DNA of 63,825 nt, counting the filler, from Octopus bimaculoides (Eukaryota), in assembly GCF_001194135.2 (NCBI RefSeq). It is 7 parts of 7 records of this genome, joined end to end, with 100 filler letters (N's around TTAATTAATTAA, not from the genome) between each part and the next. Parts side by side here need not be neighbours in the genome. Positions count along the whole stretch, not along the records: positions 44,482 to 49,043 come from NW_026369860.1; positions 49,144 to 60,774 come from NC_068983.1; 5 more parts are not named here. One strand, 5' to 3'. The notes under the pieces were generated by a model. It saw only the letters and a list, made by a program, of their open reading frames with translations. It was not told the DNA's origin and did no database searches. Every line of letters begins with the position of its first letter. Within the stretch, counting starts at the first letter, position 1. Position numbers and translations under genes: made by a program. Of the stretch, positions 45,630 to 58,980 are shown piece by piece.

Positions 45630-46410
45630 TATGCGGTGTGCAAGAGAAATGAGTGCACTAGTATGGTCATGTGTTGCGTATGGATGAGGACAGCTGTGTG
45701 AAAAAGTGTCACACCCTAGCAGTAGAGGGAACCTGTGGAAGAAGTAGACCCAGGAAGACCTGGGATGAGGTGGTGAAGCACGACCTTCAAACGTTGGGCC
45801 TCATGGAAGCGATGACGAGTAACCGAGATCTTAGGAGGTATGCTGTGCATGAGAAGATCAGGCAAGCCAAGTGAGACCATTACTGTGGCCTATGCCAGTG
45901 CAGCATAACTGGCCCATTTAAGAGTATCCTTCAATCATTGGGCAATAAACTCGGCTTGTGAAGACCTGTTGAGTCAAGTGAAGTTATTGTCATGGCCGAT
46001 ACCAGTACTGCCTAACTGGCACCCATACTGGTGGCACGTAAAAAGCACCATTCATGCATGGTCATTGCCAGTGCCGCCTGACTGGCTCCTGTGCCAGTGG
46101 CACATAAAGAGCACCATTTGAGTGTGGTCATTGCCAGTGCTGCCTCACTGGTTCCCGTGCCGGTGGCACGTAAAAAGCACCATTCAAGCGTGTTCAGTGC
46201 CAGTACCACCTGATTAACCCTCATGCCAGTGGCACGTAAAAAGCACTTGCTATACTCTCGGAATGGTTGGCATTAGGAAGGGCATCCAGCTGTTGAAACT
46301 TTGCCAGATCAGATTGGAGCCTGGTACAGCCTTCTGGCTTGCCAGTCCTCAGTCAAATCATCCAACCCATGCCAGCATGGAAAGTGGATGTTAAACAACG
46401 ATGATGATGA
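45630..46410 (+). mobile_element. RTE LINE 3' end: ORF C-terminus, 3' UTR with four ~60-66-bp subrepeats, (GAT)n tail
   Basis: WYGHVLRMDEDSCVKKC..RPRKTWDEVV. Same family as 33822. The UTR ends ..GTGGATGTTAAACAACGATGATGATGAT. Confidence 0.9.
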
Positions 46411-46479
46411 TAAGGATTTGCAAATATCCTTCCAGTTTTTGGTTTCATGTATTGATCAGTATGATGAACTGACAGGCAT

Positions 46480-46690
46480 GTATTTGTGTGTCTGTGTTTG
46501 CCCCCCTCTCCCACCATTGCTTGACAACTGATGTCGGTGTGTTTACGTCCCTGTAACTTTGCGGTTTGGCAAAAGAGATCGATAGAATAAGTACTAGGCT
46601 TACAAAGAATAAATCCTGGGGTTGATTTGTTCAACTAAAGGTGTTGCTCCAGCATGGCCACAGTCAAATGACTGAAACAAGTAAAAGAAA
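46480..46690 (+). mobile_element. SINE family B 3' half
   Basis: Family B tail match. Confidence 0.85.
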
Positions 46691-47063
46691 AAAAATATAT
46701 ACATTCATAGATTTATATATATTAACATTATTACATTGATATATACATATGAACTTAATAATGTTCATATGTCTATATAAGTCTGTGTATGTATGTGTGT
46801 GTGTGTATATATATATATATATTTATATATATATACACATATATACATATGCATGTGTCTCTATGTGTGTCTATATCTATAGTGGAAGCTTGGTTTACAA
46901 ATTTGATTCATTCCTGAAGATCATTCATTACCTAAAATATTTGTAAACTGAAACTGTTTATTCCCAAGGAAAATCAATAGAAGTCATGAAAAATTCAAGT
47001 AGGGACATACACTGAGTGAAAGCTAGACAGCAACTGATGCTCTTCCCACTGGTATTTCCAGTT

Positions 47064-47113
47064 TGTTGCCAACTGTTGTTGCCAACTGTTGTTGCCAACT
47101 GTTGTTGCCAACT
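47064..47113. repeat. 13-bp tandem repeat (TGTTGCCAACTGT) x ~3.8
   Basis: Directly visible. Each unit holds the palindrome GTTG-C-CAAC. Confidence 0.9.
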
Positions 47114-47149
47114 TGAACGTTCGTTATTCGAGACACTATTCACCACCTA

Positions 47150-48312
47150 AGACATTCTATGCTTGAAAATTGTTTGCAAACCTATTTGTTCATGGTGAGA
47201 GGTGTTCATAATGATGATGGTGGAGGATATCAACTCCTTACTTGTTTTTCTAAAATGCACCATAAATGTTCAGTAATATTGAGATCTGGGAAATGTGGTG
47301 GCCAGATCTTCACTAGAATGTTCCTTATGCCATTAAGTAACAACTTTAGCTGTATGAATTGGTGCATTATCATCCTGAAAGATTGCGCTTCCCTCTGGAA
47401 ACAGTTCTGCAACCATAGGATGAATTTGATCAGATAAAATACTTAAATAGGCTTGACTGTTAATTCTGCCATGAAGGGAAACCATTGGGCTGGTGGATTT
47501 CCAAGATATAGCCCCCACAAATCACCACAGATCTTCCTCCATGTTTAACAGTTGGAAGAAGGCAGTCTGGGTCAAATGCTTCTTTTGGCTGTCTCCACAC
47601 GTATACTTGGCCAATAGTTAGAAATAAGGTAAAGGATGACTCGTCCAAGAAAATAACATTCTTCCTCTGCTCTAGGAACCAATTCTGTAGGTTTTCACTT
47701 CACTCTAAATGCTTTGCAACATCTGTTTTTGAAAGTAGTGGTTTTCTGCTTGCAGCCCCCCCCTCCCCATGAAATTCGGCTTTGTGCAGTTCCTGGAGAT
47801 GAGTTTTTGTGGAAACTAGGTTCTTGAGGTGGTCATTAAGCTCTGCAATAATTTTGGTCATTAAGCTCTGCAATAATTTTGGGAGCTGCACTTTTGTGAT
47901 CCTTTGTAACAATTCGCATAAGAGTCCAACAGTCCCTATCTGAAAGTTTTAGTTTTCTTCCGGAGTTTTGTTTCGACGAGGAGGTTTTTCCCTCTTTCTC
48001 AAAGGCTGTCATTACTTTTGAGATAGTACTTCTTGATACACCAAACATTTTGACTGTTTTCATTATGCTAGCGCCCGCCATACAAGCACCAACAATTTGA
48101 CCTCTTTGAAAGTCTGATAGATCTGTCATTTTAATGAATTTTAATTACCTTTTTCTGATGATATCTGAAAAGAAACAGCAATTTTAGCAAAACATATTAA
48201 GCAACACTAATAATAAATAAAAAAACATAAAAATAAACAAGCTTTTGACAGTTTTATAGATATTTCCGAATTATGATGCTATGATGCTAGGTGTTTCCAT
48301 TATTTTGTCCAA
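47150..48312 (-). mobile_element. Tc1 (DD34E-type) transposon, near-complete but frameshifted
   Basis: MTDLSDFQRGQIVG (paired-like HTH), DESSFTLF, TVKHGG, FQDDNAPIH, FPDLNITEHLW. TIR-like GGTGTTTCCATTATTTTGTCCAACTCTCTG + TA. A 25-bp tandem duplication lies at 47831-47880. Confidence 0.9.
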
Positions 48313-49149
48313 CTCTCTGTATATGTGCACTTATGCAAATACATATAAACATCATCTGCATTTGGATATAGATTAACTTTCCACATCACATCATTATCAG
48401 AAAAGATATATTTACTCAATAACAGCTGCAAACTATGGAATATAAAATAAACATAAAATGCAATTAAAAGAAACCTGTGGATAAAAGTTAGAGAAACAAA
48501 TCAATCCAAGTTATAATATACAATAATGTATAATTTCTGTTGATCAATAGTGTTACAAGTTACAAAGCGATTCCATTAGTGTTGGTGTCATCTATAATAA
48601 CTATTGATCAATAGGATTACCTATCTGACTAGTTGCGATATTTAATATCTGTGACATTGAAGGTGACATGGTAAATGCAAATGTTTGGAAAGAACATGAG
48701 AACATATTTGTGCATATATATGTGTGTGTGTGTGTGTGTGTATGTGTGTATACAAACACGTAAATGTGTGTATTTATATAAATAGGTCTATATAATGTTC
48801 TTATAATGAAAACTAAAAGACCGTTTACCCTCTAACATTTAACGATGCTAATTTGGGGTGTCAAAAGTAAGACTTAGTATACACATTTTGAACTTTGAAA
48901 AGTTTTTATTGAATCTTGCTTTTTTATTTTCTCTTGGTCAGTTATATGTCTTGACATTTCAAATGCTTCAAAGTTTGCTCATGAAGGATTACATACAACT
49001 TGTCTATCTGAATGGAATCAACATGCCTATGAAGTGTTATATANNNNNNNNNNNNNNNNNNNNNNNNNNNNNNNNNNNNNNNNNNNNTTAATTAATTAAN
49101 NNNNNNNNNNNNNNNNNNNNNNNNNNNNNNNNNNNNNNNNNNNTATATA

Positions 49150-49375
49150 TATACATACCATCATCATCATCATTTAAGTCTGTTTTCCATGCTAGCATGG
49201 GTTGGACGATTTGACTGGGGACTGGCGAACCAGATGGCGACACTAAACTCCAATCTGATCTGGCAGAGTTTCTACAGCGAGATGCCCTTCCTAATGCCAA
49301 CCACTCCGAGAGTGTAGTGAGTGCTTTTTACATGCCACCGGCATGAGGGCCAGTCCGGCGGTACTGGCAACATAT
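49150..49375 (-). mobile_element. RTE 3' tail fragment
   Basis: Family C match with (CAT)n. Confidence 0.85.
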
Positions 49376-49634
49376 AATATATATATATACACAACGTAAT
49401 GAAACTGTATATTTGCTTCATGACTTCAGTTTCATGCCACTGGTGTGAAACTTGTGCCTTCAGACAAACATTCAGCTCCAAGATGTGGTATACTCTACTA
49501 CTCTACATGTATTAAGCACTCTTCTGTCATTTGTTTGGCACATTTCAACCTTTGTATATTTAAGACTGTGTTTACACACACACACACAATCATGCATTCA
49601 TGCACATATGCACATAAACACACATATATTTACA

Positions 49635-49865
49635 AGGCGGCAGCTGGCAGAAATGTTAGCATGCCGGACGAAATGCTTAGCGGTATTTCGTCTGCCTTTA
49701 CATTCTGAGTTCAAATTCTGCCGAGGTCAACTTTGCCTTTCATCCCTTCGGGGTCGATTAAATAAGTACCAGTTACGCACTGAGGTCAATATAATCGACT
49801 TAATCCATTTGTCTGTCCTTGTTTGTCCCCTCTGTGTGTAGCCCCTTGTGGGTAGTAAAGAAACA
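49635..49865 (+). mobile_element. SINE family A2
   Basis: Full head and A2 tail. Confidence 0.9.
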
Positions 49866-50074
49866 ACACACATATTTACTTATTTATTTCTTTATTTCAA
49901 AGTTTGCACTGTGAATGTTTTGAAAGCTCAAGAGTTGCAACAATCAGTGTGTAAACTTTTAAATATAATGTATGAATCCCCCCATTTCTATTTTTTATTT
50001 TTTAATTTATATAAAATCAATCAACATTGATACGACTGGTTTCCTTTAATTAAATACATAATAAATACATTCAT

Positions 50075-50430
50075 GTATACTCTCTTTACTCTTTCACTCT
50101 TTTACTTGCTTCAGTCATTTGACTGCGGCCATGCTGGAGCACCACCTTTTAGTTGAGCAAATAGACCCCAGAACTTATTCTTTGGAAGCCTAGTACTTAT
50201 TCTAATGGTCTCTTTTGCTGAACCGCTAAGTTACGGGGACGTAAACAGACCANNNNNNNNNNATATACGACGGGCTTCTTTCAGTTTCCGTCTACCAAAT
50301 CCACTCACAAGGCTTTGGTTGGCCCGAGGCTATAGTAGGAGACACTTGCCCAAGGTGCCATGTAGTGGGACTGAACCCGGAACTATGTGGTTGGTAAGCA
50401 AGCTACTTACCACACAGCCACTTCTGTGCC
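50075..50430 (-). mobile_element. SINE family B (both halves, small gap)
   Basis: Reverse complement of the 50873 copy. Confidence 0.88.
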
Positions 50431-50872
50431 TAGTATATTTATACTAGCTTAAAAAGCCGCACTCTATGTGCACTTTTAAGCTAGCTCATGGAGATGGCTA
50501 ATTAGGCCTGTGGTCCCATACTAAAGAGAGCTGAATAGCATGACTATAATACGTCTATAACGACTATATGCCCCGGTGGTGTTTGATCAGAGGCTAAGGA
50601 CACATGAGAATTCTGCAAGGCAATCATTCTAATGTTTTATTCCTAAGTTGAATAGCATGTGTCAGCCAAGTTTTACCTGCTAGAAATAGCAGCCCAAATG
50701 CTTTGAAACCAGATCCCAGTGTTGAATGTTCAAGAACCAAATGAAGGGCAGATTTTCAATCATGGGATCATCCTGATTCCAAAAAGGTATTATATGTGTA
50801 TGTAGAGCAAATATGGACTGAGACACAGGGGTTTCAGATGGACAGACAGAATTTTGTTTTTATTATATACAC

Positions 50873-51262
50873 GCAGGAGTGGCTGTGTGGTAAGTAGCTT
50901 GCTTACCAACCACATGGTTCCGGGTTCATTCCCATTGCGTGGCACCTTGGGCAAGTGTCTTCCACTATAGCCTCGGGCCGACCAAAGCCTTGTGAGTGGA
51001 TTTGGTAGACGGAAACTGAAAGAAGCCCGTCGTATATATGTATATATATGTATGTGTGTCTGTGTTTGTCCTCCCAACATCGCTTGACAACTGATGCTGG
51101 TGTGTTTATGTCCCCGTAACTTAGCGGTTCGGCAAAAGAGACCGATAGTATAAGTACTAGGCTTCCAAAGAATAAGTCCTGGGGTCGATTTGTTCGACTA
51201 AGGGCGGTGCTCCCGCATGGCCGCAGTCAAATGATTGAAACAAGTGAAAGAGTAAAGAGTAG
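50873..51262 (+). mobile_element. SINE family B, complete
   Basis: GCAGGAGTGGCTGTGTGGTAAG (A box), GGTTCATTCCC (B box), internal (TA/TG)n, tail GCATGGCCGCAGTCAAATGATTGAAAC + (AAAGAGT)n. Confidence 0.92.
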
Positions 51263-51306
51263 CACACATACACACACACGCACTTATATAGATGCAGGCA
51301 TAACAT

Positions 51307-51359
<53 letters not shown>

Positions 51360-51361
<2 letters not shown>

Positions 51362-51500
51362 GGTGCAGGCATAACTTTGTGGTAAGAAGCTTGCTTCACA
51401 ACCACATGCTTCCAGATTCAGTCCCATTGCATGGCACCTTGAGCTGACTAAAGCCTTGTGAGTGGTTTTGGTAGACGAAAACTGAAAGAAGCCTATCATA
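51360..51500 (+). mobile_element. SINE family B 5' half
   Basis: Head match ending in microsatellite. Confidence 0.8.
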
Positions 51501-51577
51501 TATATGTATGTGTGTGTGTATATATGTATGTATGTGTGTGTGTTTGTGTGTGTATGTGCATATGTGTGTGTGTGTGA

Positions 51578-51800
51578 AGGTGATGGCCTAATGATTAGGG
51601 TACTGTACTCATGATTGCTAGGTCATGGGTTCGATTACCAGACCGATCAGTGTGTTGTGTTCTTGAGCAAAACACTTCATTTCACGTTGCTCCAGTTCAC
51701 TCAGTTCAAAAGATGGAGTAATCCTGTGATGGAACATCCTTCCAGTCAGGGGCAATATTGGCCTGCTCACCTAGCCAGTGGGTGCCTAACTGGAAGGATG
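51578..51800 (+). mobile_element. tRNA-headed SINE related to family E
   Basis: TGGCCTAATGATTAGG, GGGTTCGATTACC, CTTGAGCAAAACACTT. Confidence 0.65.
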
Positions 51801-51962
51801 TTCCATCACAGGAACATAAGATCTTATGATATTTACTTTGTATTATATTATACTTATTTATTGTGCTTTTAATTATTAATTTTTCTATATGTGACAGTGG
51901 ATTTTCATCAATGAGTTCATGAACCTTGGTTCTTTTCCCTAAAACTATATATTTATATATAT

Positions 51963-52072
51963 CATCATCATCATCATCATCATCGTTTAACGTCCGCTTT
52001 CCATGCTAGCATGGGTTGGACGATTTGACTGAGGACTGGTGAAACCGGATGGCAACACCAGGCTCCAATCTA
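51963..52072 (-). mobile_element. RTE 3' tail (~110 bp)
   Basis: Near-identical to 17400-17510. Confidence 0.85.
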
Positions 52073-52487
52073 AATATATATATATATATATATATACACA
52101 CATGGTGAAGTGTACAGTTCTGCAGAATTGTATATTTTACCAAATTCTGCCTGGCATTGCATACGTTGGGGAATAGAAATTTATCTAATGTCATGGAAAA
52201 AGTATAACTGTAAAAATACAGAATTATCGGAGTAATGGGCGTTCAAAAAAGTATGTAAGTATAGAAATGTATGAATAAAGTTTATAATGTTGAGGATTCA
52301 AAAAGAGATTGTTCTCAAGAAAATTCAACAAATGCCAGAACGTAAGCGAGCAAGACAAATGAAAAGATATAAAATATAAGGATTAAACACAGACCAGTTT
52401 CGCTGTTACCACTTACGTAATTACTTACGTTATTGTTTGCAACTCTTCAAATTCAGAAAAAGATACAGTTTATATATATATGCACGC

Positions 52488-52883
52488 GCAGGAGTGGCTG
52501 TGTGGTAAGTAGCTTGCTTACCAACCACATGGTTCTGGGTTCAGTCCCACTGCGTGGCATCTTGGGCAAGTGTCTTCTACAATAGCCTCGGGCCGACCAA
52601 AGCCTTGTGAATGAATATGGTAGACGGAAACTGAAAGAAGCCCGTCGTATATATGTATATATATATATATATATATTTGTGTGTCTGTGTTTGTCCCCCT
52701 AGCATTACTTGACAGCCGATGCTGGTGTGTTTACGTCCCCGTCACTTAGCGGTTCAGCAAAATAGACCGATAGAATAAGTACTAGGCTTACAAAGAATAA
52801 GTCCTGGGGTCAATTTGCTTGACTGAAGGCGGTGCTCCAGCATGGCCGCAGTCAAATGACTGAAACAAGTAAAAGAGTAAAGA

Positions 52884-52890
<7 letters not shown>
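52488..52890 (+). mobile_element. SINE family B, complete and young-looking
   Basis: Near-identical to 50873-51262. Confidence 0.92.
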
Positions 52891-52922
<32 letters not shown>

Positions 52923-53291
52923 TGATTAGACAACTAAAAAGGCACTCAAAACCTTTAGTAGGTGTTACATATATTATTATTTAAAGCATTTTAATTTGGC
53001 TCCATGTAACTTCAAGTATTATAGGCTTCACAGTTAACTGAACCCAACAAACTGGGTCTCTGTAAGAAGCCTTTGAAACTTTAAATTGCATTGGGCTGAA
53101 TCAGTTTTAAATAATACATATATGTGTGTGTGTGTATGTATGTATATATAATATATGTAATATATGTATATTCATATATATGTAAATGTGTGTGTATGTG
53201 TATGTGAATGATGTGTGTCTATGTGTGTGTATACCTATTAGCCAAAACTTTCAATTGGGTCCGTTTTTTGTTTTTTTTTATTTTATGGCAG

Positions 53292-53327
53292 GACGAATTT
53301 GAAAGGAAGATTTGCCAGCTAATTTTA
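53292..53327 (+). CDS. Candidate 36-nt host micro-exon (DEFERKICQLIL)
   Basis: Strong acceptor TTTTTTGTTTTTTTTATTTTATGGCAG, open phase-0 frame, donor GTAAGA, in non-repetitive sequence. Confidence 0.45.
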
Positions 53328-53899
53328 GTAAGATCCCTTTTATTGCTGGAGTGAATTTAGGATTCTCACTTGTTGATATTGATTACAATAAGTCAATTAA
53401 CTATCGATCATTTCCATATTTTGGCAGTTATACAAAAGCTAAAGCTCTCTTATCACCAACATACATTTGTGCATGTAATGTGAACAAGGCAATGTCTATG
53501 CATTTGTTTAACCTGTATGTAATAGCACTCAAAACTACAGCTATGTTATGCACCATTCTATCTTAAAACTGAAAAGCCACACATTTCATTTTCACTTGAT
53601 CATTGATATAAATGATAGAGTAATTGTGGTCATGGTGGGAATGTCTTTGACTAGTGCTGCATTATGCTGATCCAGCTCTTTAAGAATCTGGTTGAGTCAT
53701 CGTTGTGCAGTCTCTGTTGGATCGTGGCTTTCCTGGGGGTAAATAACAACATGTGTGTGTATCTGTATACATACACTCAACTACTCTATATTGATATGCA
53801 CAAAAGAGATGGTAAGTGTTATACATGTGTGTATGTTTCTGTATATATGTGTACAACCATGTGTGTGTCTGTGTATATAGATGTGTGTGTGTGTGTCTG

Positions 53900-53949
<50 letters not shown>

Positions 53950-54348
53950 NNNNNNNNNNNNNNNNNNNNNNNNNNNNNNNNNNNNNNNNNNNNNNNNNNN
54001 NNNNNNNNNNNNNNNNNNNNNNNNNNNNNNNNNNNNNNNNNNNNNNNNNNNNNNNNNNNNNNNNNNNNNNNNNNNNNNNNNNNNNNNNNNNNNNNNNNNN
54101 NNNNNNNNNNNNNNNNNNNNNNNNNNNNNNNNNNNNNNNNNNNNNNNNNNNNNNNNNNNNNNNNNNNNNNNNNNNNNNNNNNNNNNNNNNNNNNNNNNNN
54201 NNNNNNNNNNNNNNNNNNNNNNNNNNNNNNNNNNNNNNNNNNNNNNNNNNNNNNNNNNNNNNNNNNNNNNNNNNNNNNNNNNNNNNNNNNNNNNNNNNNN
54301 NNNNNNNNNNNNNNNNNNNNNNNNNNNNNNNNNNNNNNNNNNNNNNNN

Positions 54349-54386
<38 letters not shown>

Positions 54387-55099
54387 GTATGTATATATGT
54401 GTGTATAGGTTGGTTGAAATAGTTGACAATTCTTGGTTGCTGCTGTATCTCTTGTAAAGTATACCATGAAAGATAAGCAAAAGTGAACTTGCACTTCCTT
54501 CCTTCCTTCCTTCCTTCCTTAATCTTCGCCTGGTTGCACTGGTTAATTGCTATAGCTTTTATCATTGCATTGTTGTTGCTGTTGTTAGTGATGTATGGTC
54601 TTCAGAACTAAGTACATCATCATTTACACAAAGTAACACCACAAATATAACACAGCATAAGATGAGCATAGAGACAACCCCTCCCCGTCCTACTAGAAAC
54701 AGCAGTCAAATTTCCTTATAAACAACATCCTACCCTCTTTTCAAGAAAAAGGAGTAGTGGGAGAGTGGATTAGATAATGTAGTCATACCAACTACACACA
54801 CACATATATACATACATACATATCCTTCATACATTTGCACATACATACATACAAGCATGCATATATACATACATACATACATACAAACACACACATACAT
54901 ACATATGTATATACATACATACGTACATATCCTGCATTCACTGTACTTGAAAAAAAAATAAGACTGGATGGTCATTTCTGGACTGCCTTTAATTCATAAG
55001 TTTTCTCTATCAGGGCTGACATGAGAATAAACAAACATTAACAGCAACAGCATCAACACCACCACCACCACTACCACCACCACCACCACTACCACCACC

Positions 55100-55133
<34 letters not shown>

Positions 55134-55144
55134 CACCTGAAAGT

Positions 55145-55187
<43 letters not shown>

Positions 55188-55428
55188 AGTTTTGTATACA
55201 AACACAAAATATAAACAACACTGTATGCGCATACATAACAATGAGGCTTCACGCTTTTCCAATGTGATGATGTCATTGGGATATTTATATTAGACATTGG
55301 ACTTATACGAGATTTCTGTTGCCTCAACTCGAGCTGTTTTGTTGCTTGTTTCTATCTTTCTAGCTATCTAGCAACTTAGCTGTGTCTTTTTATGTGCATG
55401 TGTGTCTATGTATATATGTGAGTGTGTA

Positions 55429-55496
<68 letters not shown>

Positions 55497-55500
55497 TATA

Positions 55501-55719
55501 TAAGGTAGTGCTGAAAAGTTCCTGGCTTTGGGTAAAAGAAAATAGAGGAGGATTAGTTAGTTATGATTTTATTCAACATGTTCCCTTCTCAGATTCACAC
55601 AATTATTACAGTGGTCTTTCAGTTTTTCTAAGCCCTGTTAAAGAACTTGGGAGGTTGGGCCTCCAACCAGGCCTTTCATGATACTCTTAAAGACAGGAAC
55701 TTTCCAGCCATCCGTCTTA
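55501..55719. mobile_element. mariner-type MITE (~220 bp)
   Basis: Imperfect TIRs GCTGAAAAGTTCCTG / CAGGAACTTTCCAGC within TA-rich flanks. Confidence 0.65.
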
Positions 55720-55794
55720 TATATGTATATATGTATATCTATTTATCTATCTATCTATCTATCTATCTATTTATCTATCTATGTATGTATATAC

Positions 55795-55849
<55 letters not shown>

Positions 55850-56080
55850 TATATATACATATATATACACATGCATATATATATGTATATATATGTGTGT
55901 GTGTATGTATATATATATATATATGTATGTATATATATGTATATATATATTTATATGTATATATCTGTATGTATATCTATCTATCTGTCTATCTATNNNN
56001 NNNNNNNNNNNNNNNNNNNNNNNNNNNNNNNNNNNNNNNNNNNNNNNNNNNNNNNNNNNNNNNNNNNNNNNNNNNNNNNN

Positions 56081-56121
<41 letters not shown>

Positions 56122-56860
56122 TATATAAATATACATACACAAATATATATGTGTGTGTATGTATGTATGTTTGTATGTGTGTGTATATGTATCTAGCAGT
56201 GGTTAATACTGAAGCATGTTTACTTCTGAGTGTTATTGTGTGTGTGTGTGTGCGTGCATGTATATGTGTGTGTGTGTGTGGGGGGGTTTACGTTTGTCTG
56301 TATGTGTGAATATGTGTATCAATAGGGGGGGGGGCTCTATTTTGACTTCAATGTGAGGGACAGGATGGAGCGGCATGGGGATAAATGAGGAAATCAGTCT
56401 TCATGTAGTTATACTGATGTTCCCACTCCCCTCCGTCAAATATTGGGTTATTTGTTTTGTGACGTAATTGACACAAACTGGTTACTCAAGGTCAATTGCC
56501 CACGTAAAATATCGCCAACATGAAATATTGCCTTCTCAACTACACCAAGTCACTAACACACAAAGCCCTACAAACACAAACAGACACACATAAGTACATG
56601 CACTGCTGTACACATTATGCACATACTCCCATACACACTCATGTACACAAATTTATGTACAGTGAATAACTATACCATAGATTGAACAAACTATAGATTG
56701 CTTTGGGCCAACAATGGAATCTCTTCACAGCCACTCAGCCTGCAAGACATAGCAGCCATACTTTTAGAAAATGTATGTCTGAATATATGTCTCTCTCTCT
56801 CTCTTACACACACTCTCTCTCTCTCTGTATGTGTGTGTGTGTGTGTATACATATATACAT

Positions 56861-56917
<57 letters not shown>

Positions 56918-57129
56918 NNNNNNNNNNNNNNNNNNNNNNNNNNNNNNNNNNNNNNNNNNNNNNNNNNNNNNNNNNNNNNNNNNNNNNNNNNNNNNNNNNN
57001 NNNNNNNNNNNNNNNNNNNNNNNNNNNNNNNNNNNNNNNCATATATGTATATATATATAATATATAATATATATATAATATATATATATATACATATATA
57101 TATACATACATATATATATTTACATATAT

Positions 57130-57167
<38 letters not shown>

Positions 57168-57208
57168 TATATACTCATACACATATATATTTTCATACAC
57201 ACACAGAC

Positions 57209-57257
<49 letters not shown>

Positions 57258-57644
57258 CACAAACACATACACATGTATATATATAGTTATGGGGATTCAT
57301 GAGAATCAAAGGCATGTCAACATGTAGGATGCCAGAAATAGCTACGTATGATCACATGGAGCTCAAAGTGCAATAAAAAGCAGCATTGTAGATCTCATGT
57401 GCTGGCAGGATGCTGTAAACATGCAAATATCAAATCCAATTTATAATGATAGATTTGATTCACCACTGGATTCCTTGTGTGATGAAGGTGTAAAAAGTAA
57501 ACACAAATGGTATTTAAAATTCATGACAGCTGCTTTTGTAGAGTTTTATTCAATGTAGTTGTAAAAGGTTACATCATAAATATAGAATCCACCATCATCA
57601 GATAAGAATTTAAACATTGACCTTAACATAGCTAACATTTGTTG

Positions 57645-57810
57645 GGCTAAAGCATGGCTGTGTGGTTAAAAAGCTTCCTTCCCAAACATGTGATCTTGGT
57701 TCAGTCCCATTTCATAGTACCTTGGGCAGAGGTGTTCTACATTATCTTTGTGCCAACTAAAAGCCTTGTGAATGGATTTGTCAATCAGGAACTGAAAGAG
57801 GCGCATCATC
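57645..57810 (+). mobile_element. SINE family B 5' half
   Basis: Head match. Confidence 0.75.
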
Positions 57811-58980
57811 TATACATACATACATACGTATGTACATATGTACATACATACATACATGCATGCATGCATACATACAAATAAATAATATATAAATATATGC
57901 GTATATACATACATATATGTATATATCTACATATATATGTATATATACATTCATATATGGGTACAGGACATCAAAAGAACGTTAAACACAATGAGAAACG
58001 AAAACATAAAAATGAAAACATAGAAAACGAAGTTTTTTTTCGAACAACAACAAAAAAACAGAGAAACAAGACATGCAACATAAAGAATATTCCCCTTCAT
58101 CAGTTGTCCCTGTTTCATCTACTCTGCGTTTCGAGTAAATGACCCAAGTCTTATATTTACGAAGACCTTCCCCTTTTCAGCTTCTATCTAACCAAAAATT
58201 TCACCCCCCTATACTTCCCTTCATTCTTATTCTTATTCCTTTTCTCTTAACAACTTTAGGCATTTGCCCACTTTCAAATTTTATTTCTTCATACATGTTT
58301 TTTTCTTTTTTGTTCTCTTACTCTGTACTTTCCACTCATTTTCAATCAAATCTTCTGTGAGTTAACTTGGAATCCCTTGTTAACAATGTGACCTTCATTT
58401 AACAAAGATATCTTCAGCCTGATGAATAGCTAATGGCATATTCCTCGTTGAGTAATCATTACTTCTGAAGTTCTACTAGCTAGGAAACATATATAGCTTG
58501 GATTTTACTGGCTCCATTCCCACAATTTGGATTTATATATATAAATATATATATTTTATAATATATTATTATTAATATCAGGAAATCAATATTAGAAAAT
58601 TCTTCAGAAAGGTATATATGTGTGTAAAATAATTGTTGTATTAAAAATATAAATATATATAAATATATGTAAATATGAATAAGTATAAATATATAATAAT
58701 GTTGTCCCTATAGGGAAAACACTTCTACGAAACGCTTGTAAGATGCTTTAAAAACTTAATTCAAAGCTTTTAAACTGTCATATTTGTTATTATATATTTA
58801 TACTTATACATATTTACATATATTTATATATGTTTATATTTTTATTTCGTATGTGTATTTCGTGTGCAAGATTCTTGATGTGGATACGTGTGTTGAAAGA
58901 AATACAATTAAACCTTGGGAGAGGCATTATGCCGGTAATAAACACACACACTGGTTCAGTCCTTTATTAATTTATATAGT

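Noticed and set aside
45975-46250. CRISPR-like repeat-spacer appearance
   Set aside because: Eukaryotic RTE 3' UTR. The inter-repeat segments are related to each other rather than unique spacers, and there are no cas genes.
48621-48648. 28-nt minus-strand micro-exon (CACAG|...|GTAATC)
   Set aside because: Signals of this strength arise by chance in 60 kb. It is frame-shifting and on the opposite strand to the best exon candidate.
53650-53820. Further exon candidates near donors GTAAAT (53734) and GTAAGT (53812)
   Set aside because: No clear acceptor and frame pairing, and the peptides are unrecognisable.
58090-58135. Minus-strand GAAACGC...CTGATGAAGGGG hammerhead-like pieces
   Set aside because: I could not find a stem II partner or a cleavage triplet to complete the fold. 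It may be a PLE remnant but is unsupported.
58415-58495. CTGATGA-ATAGCTA...TAGCTAG-GAAA candidate hammerhead
   Set aside because: Stem II has an A-G closing mismatch and no convincing stem I. Too weak to call from one copy.
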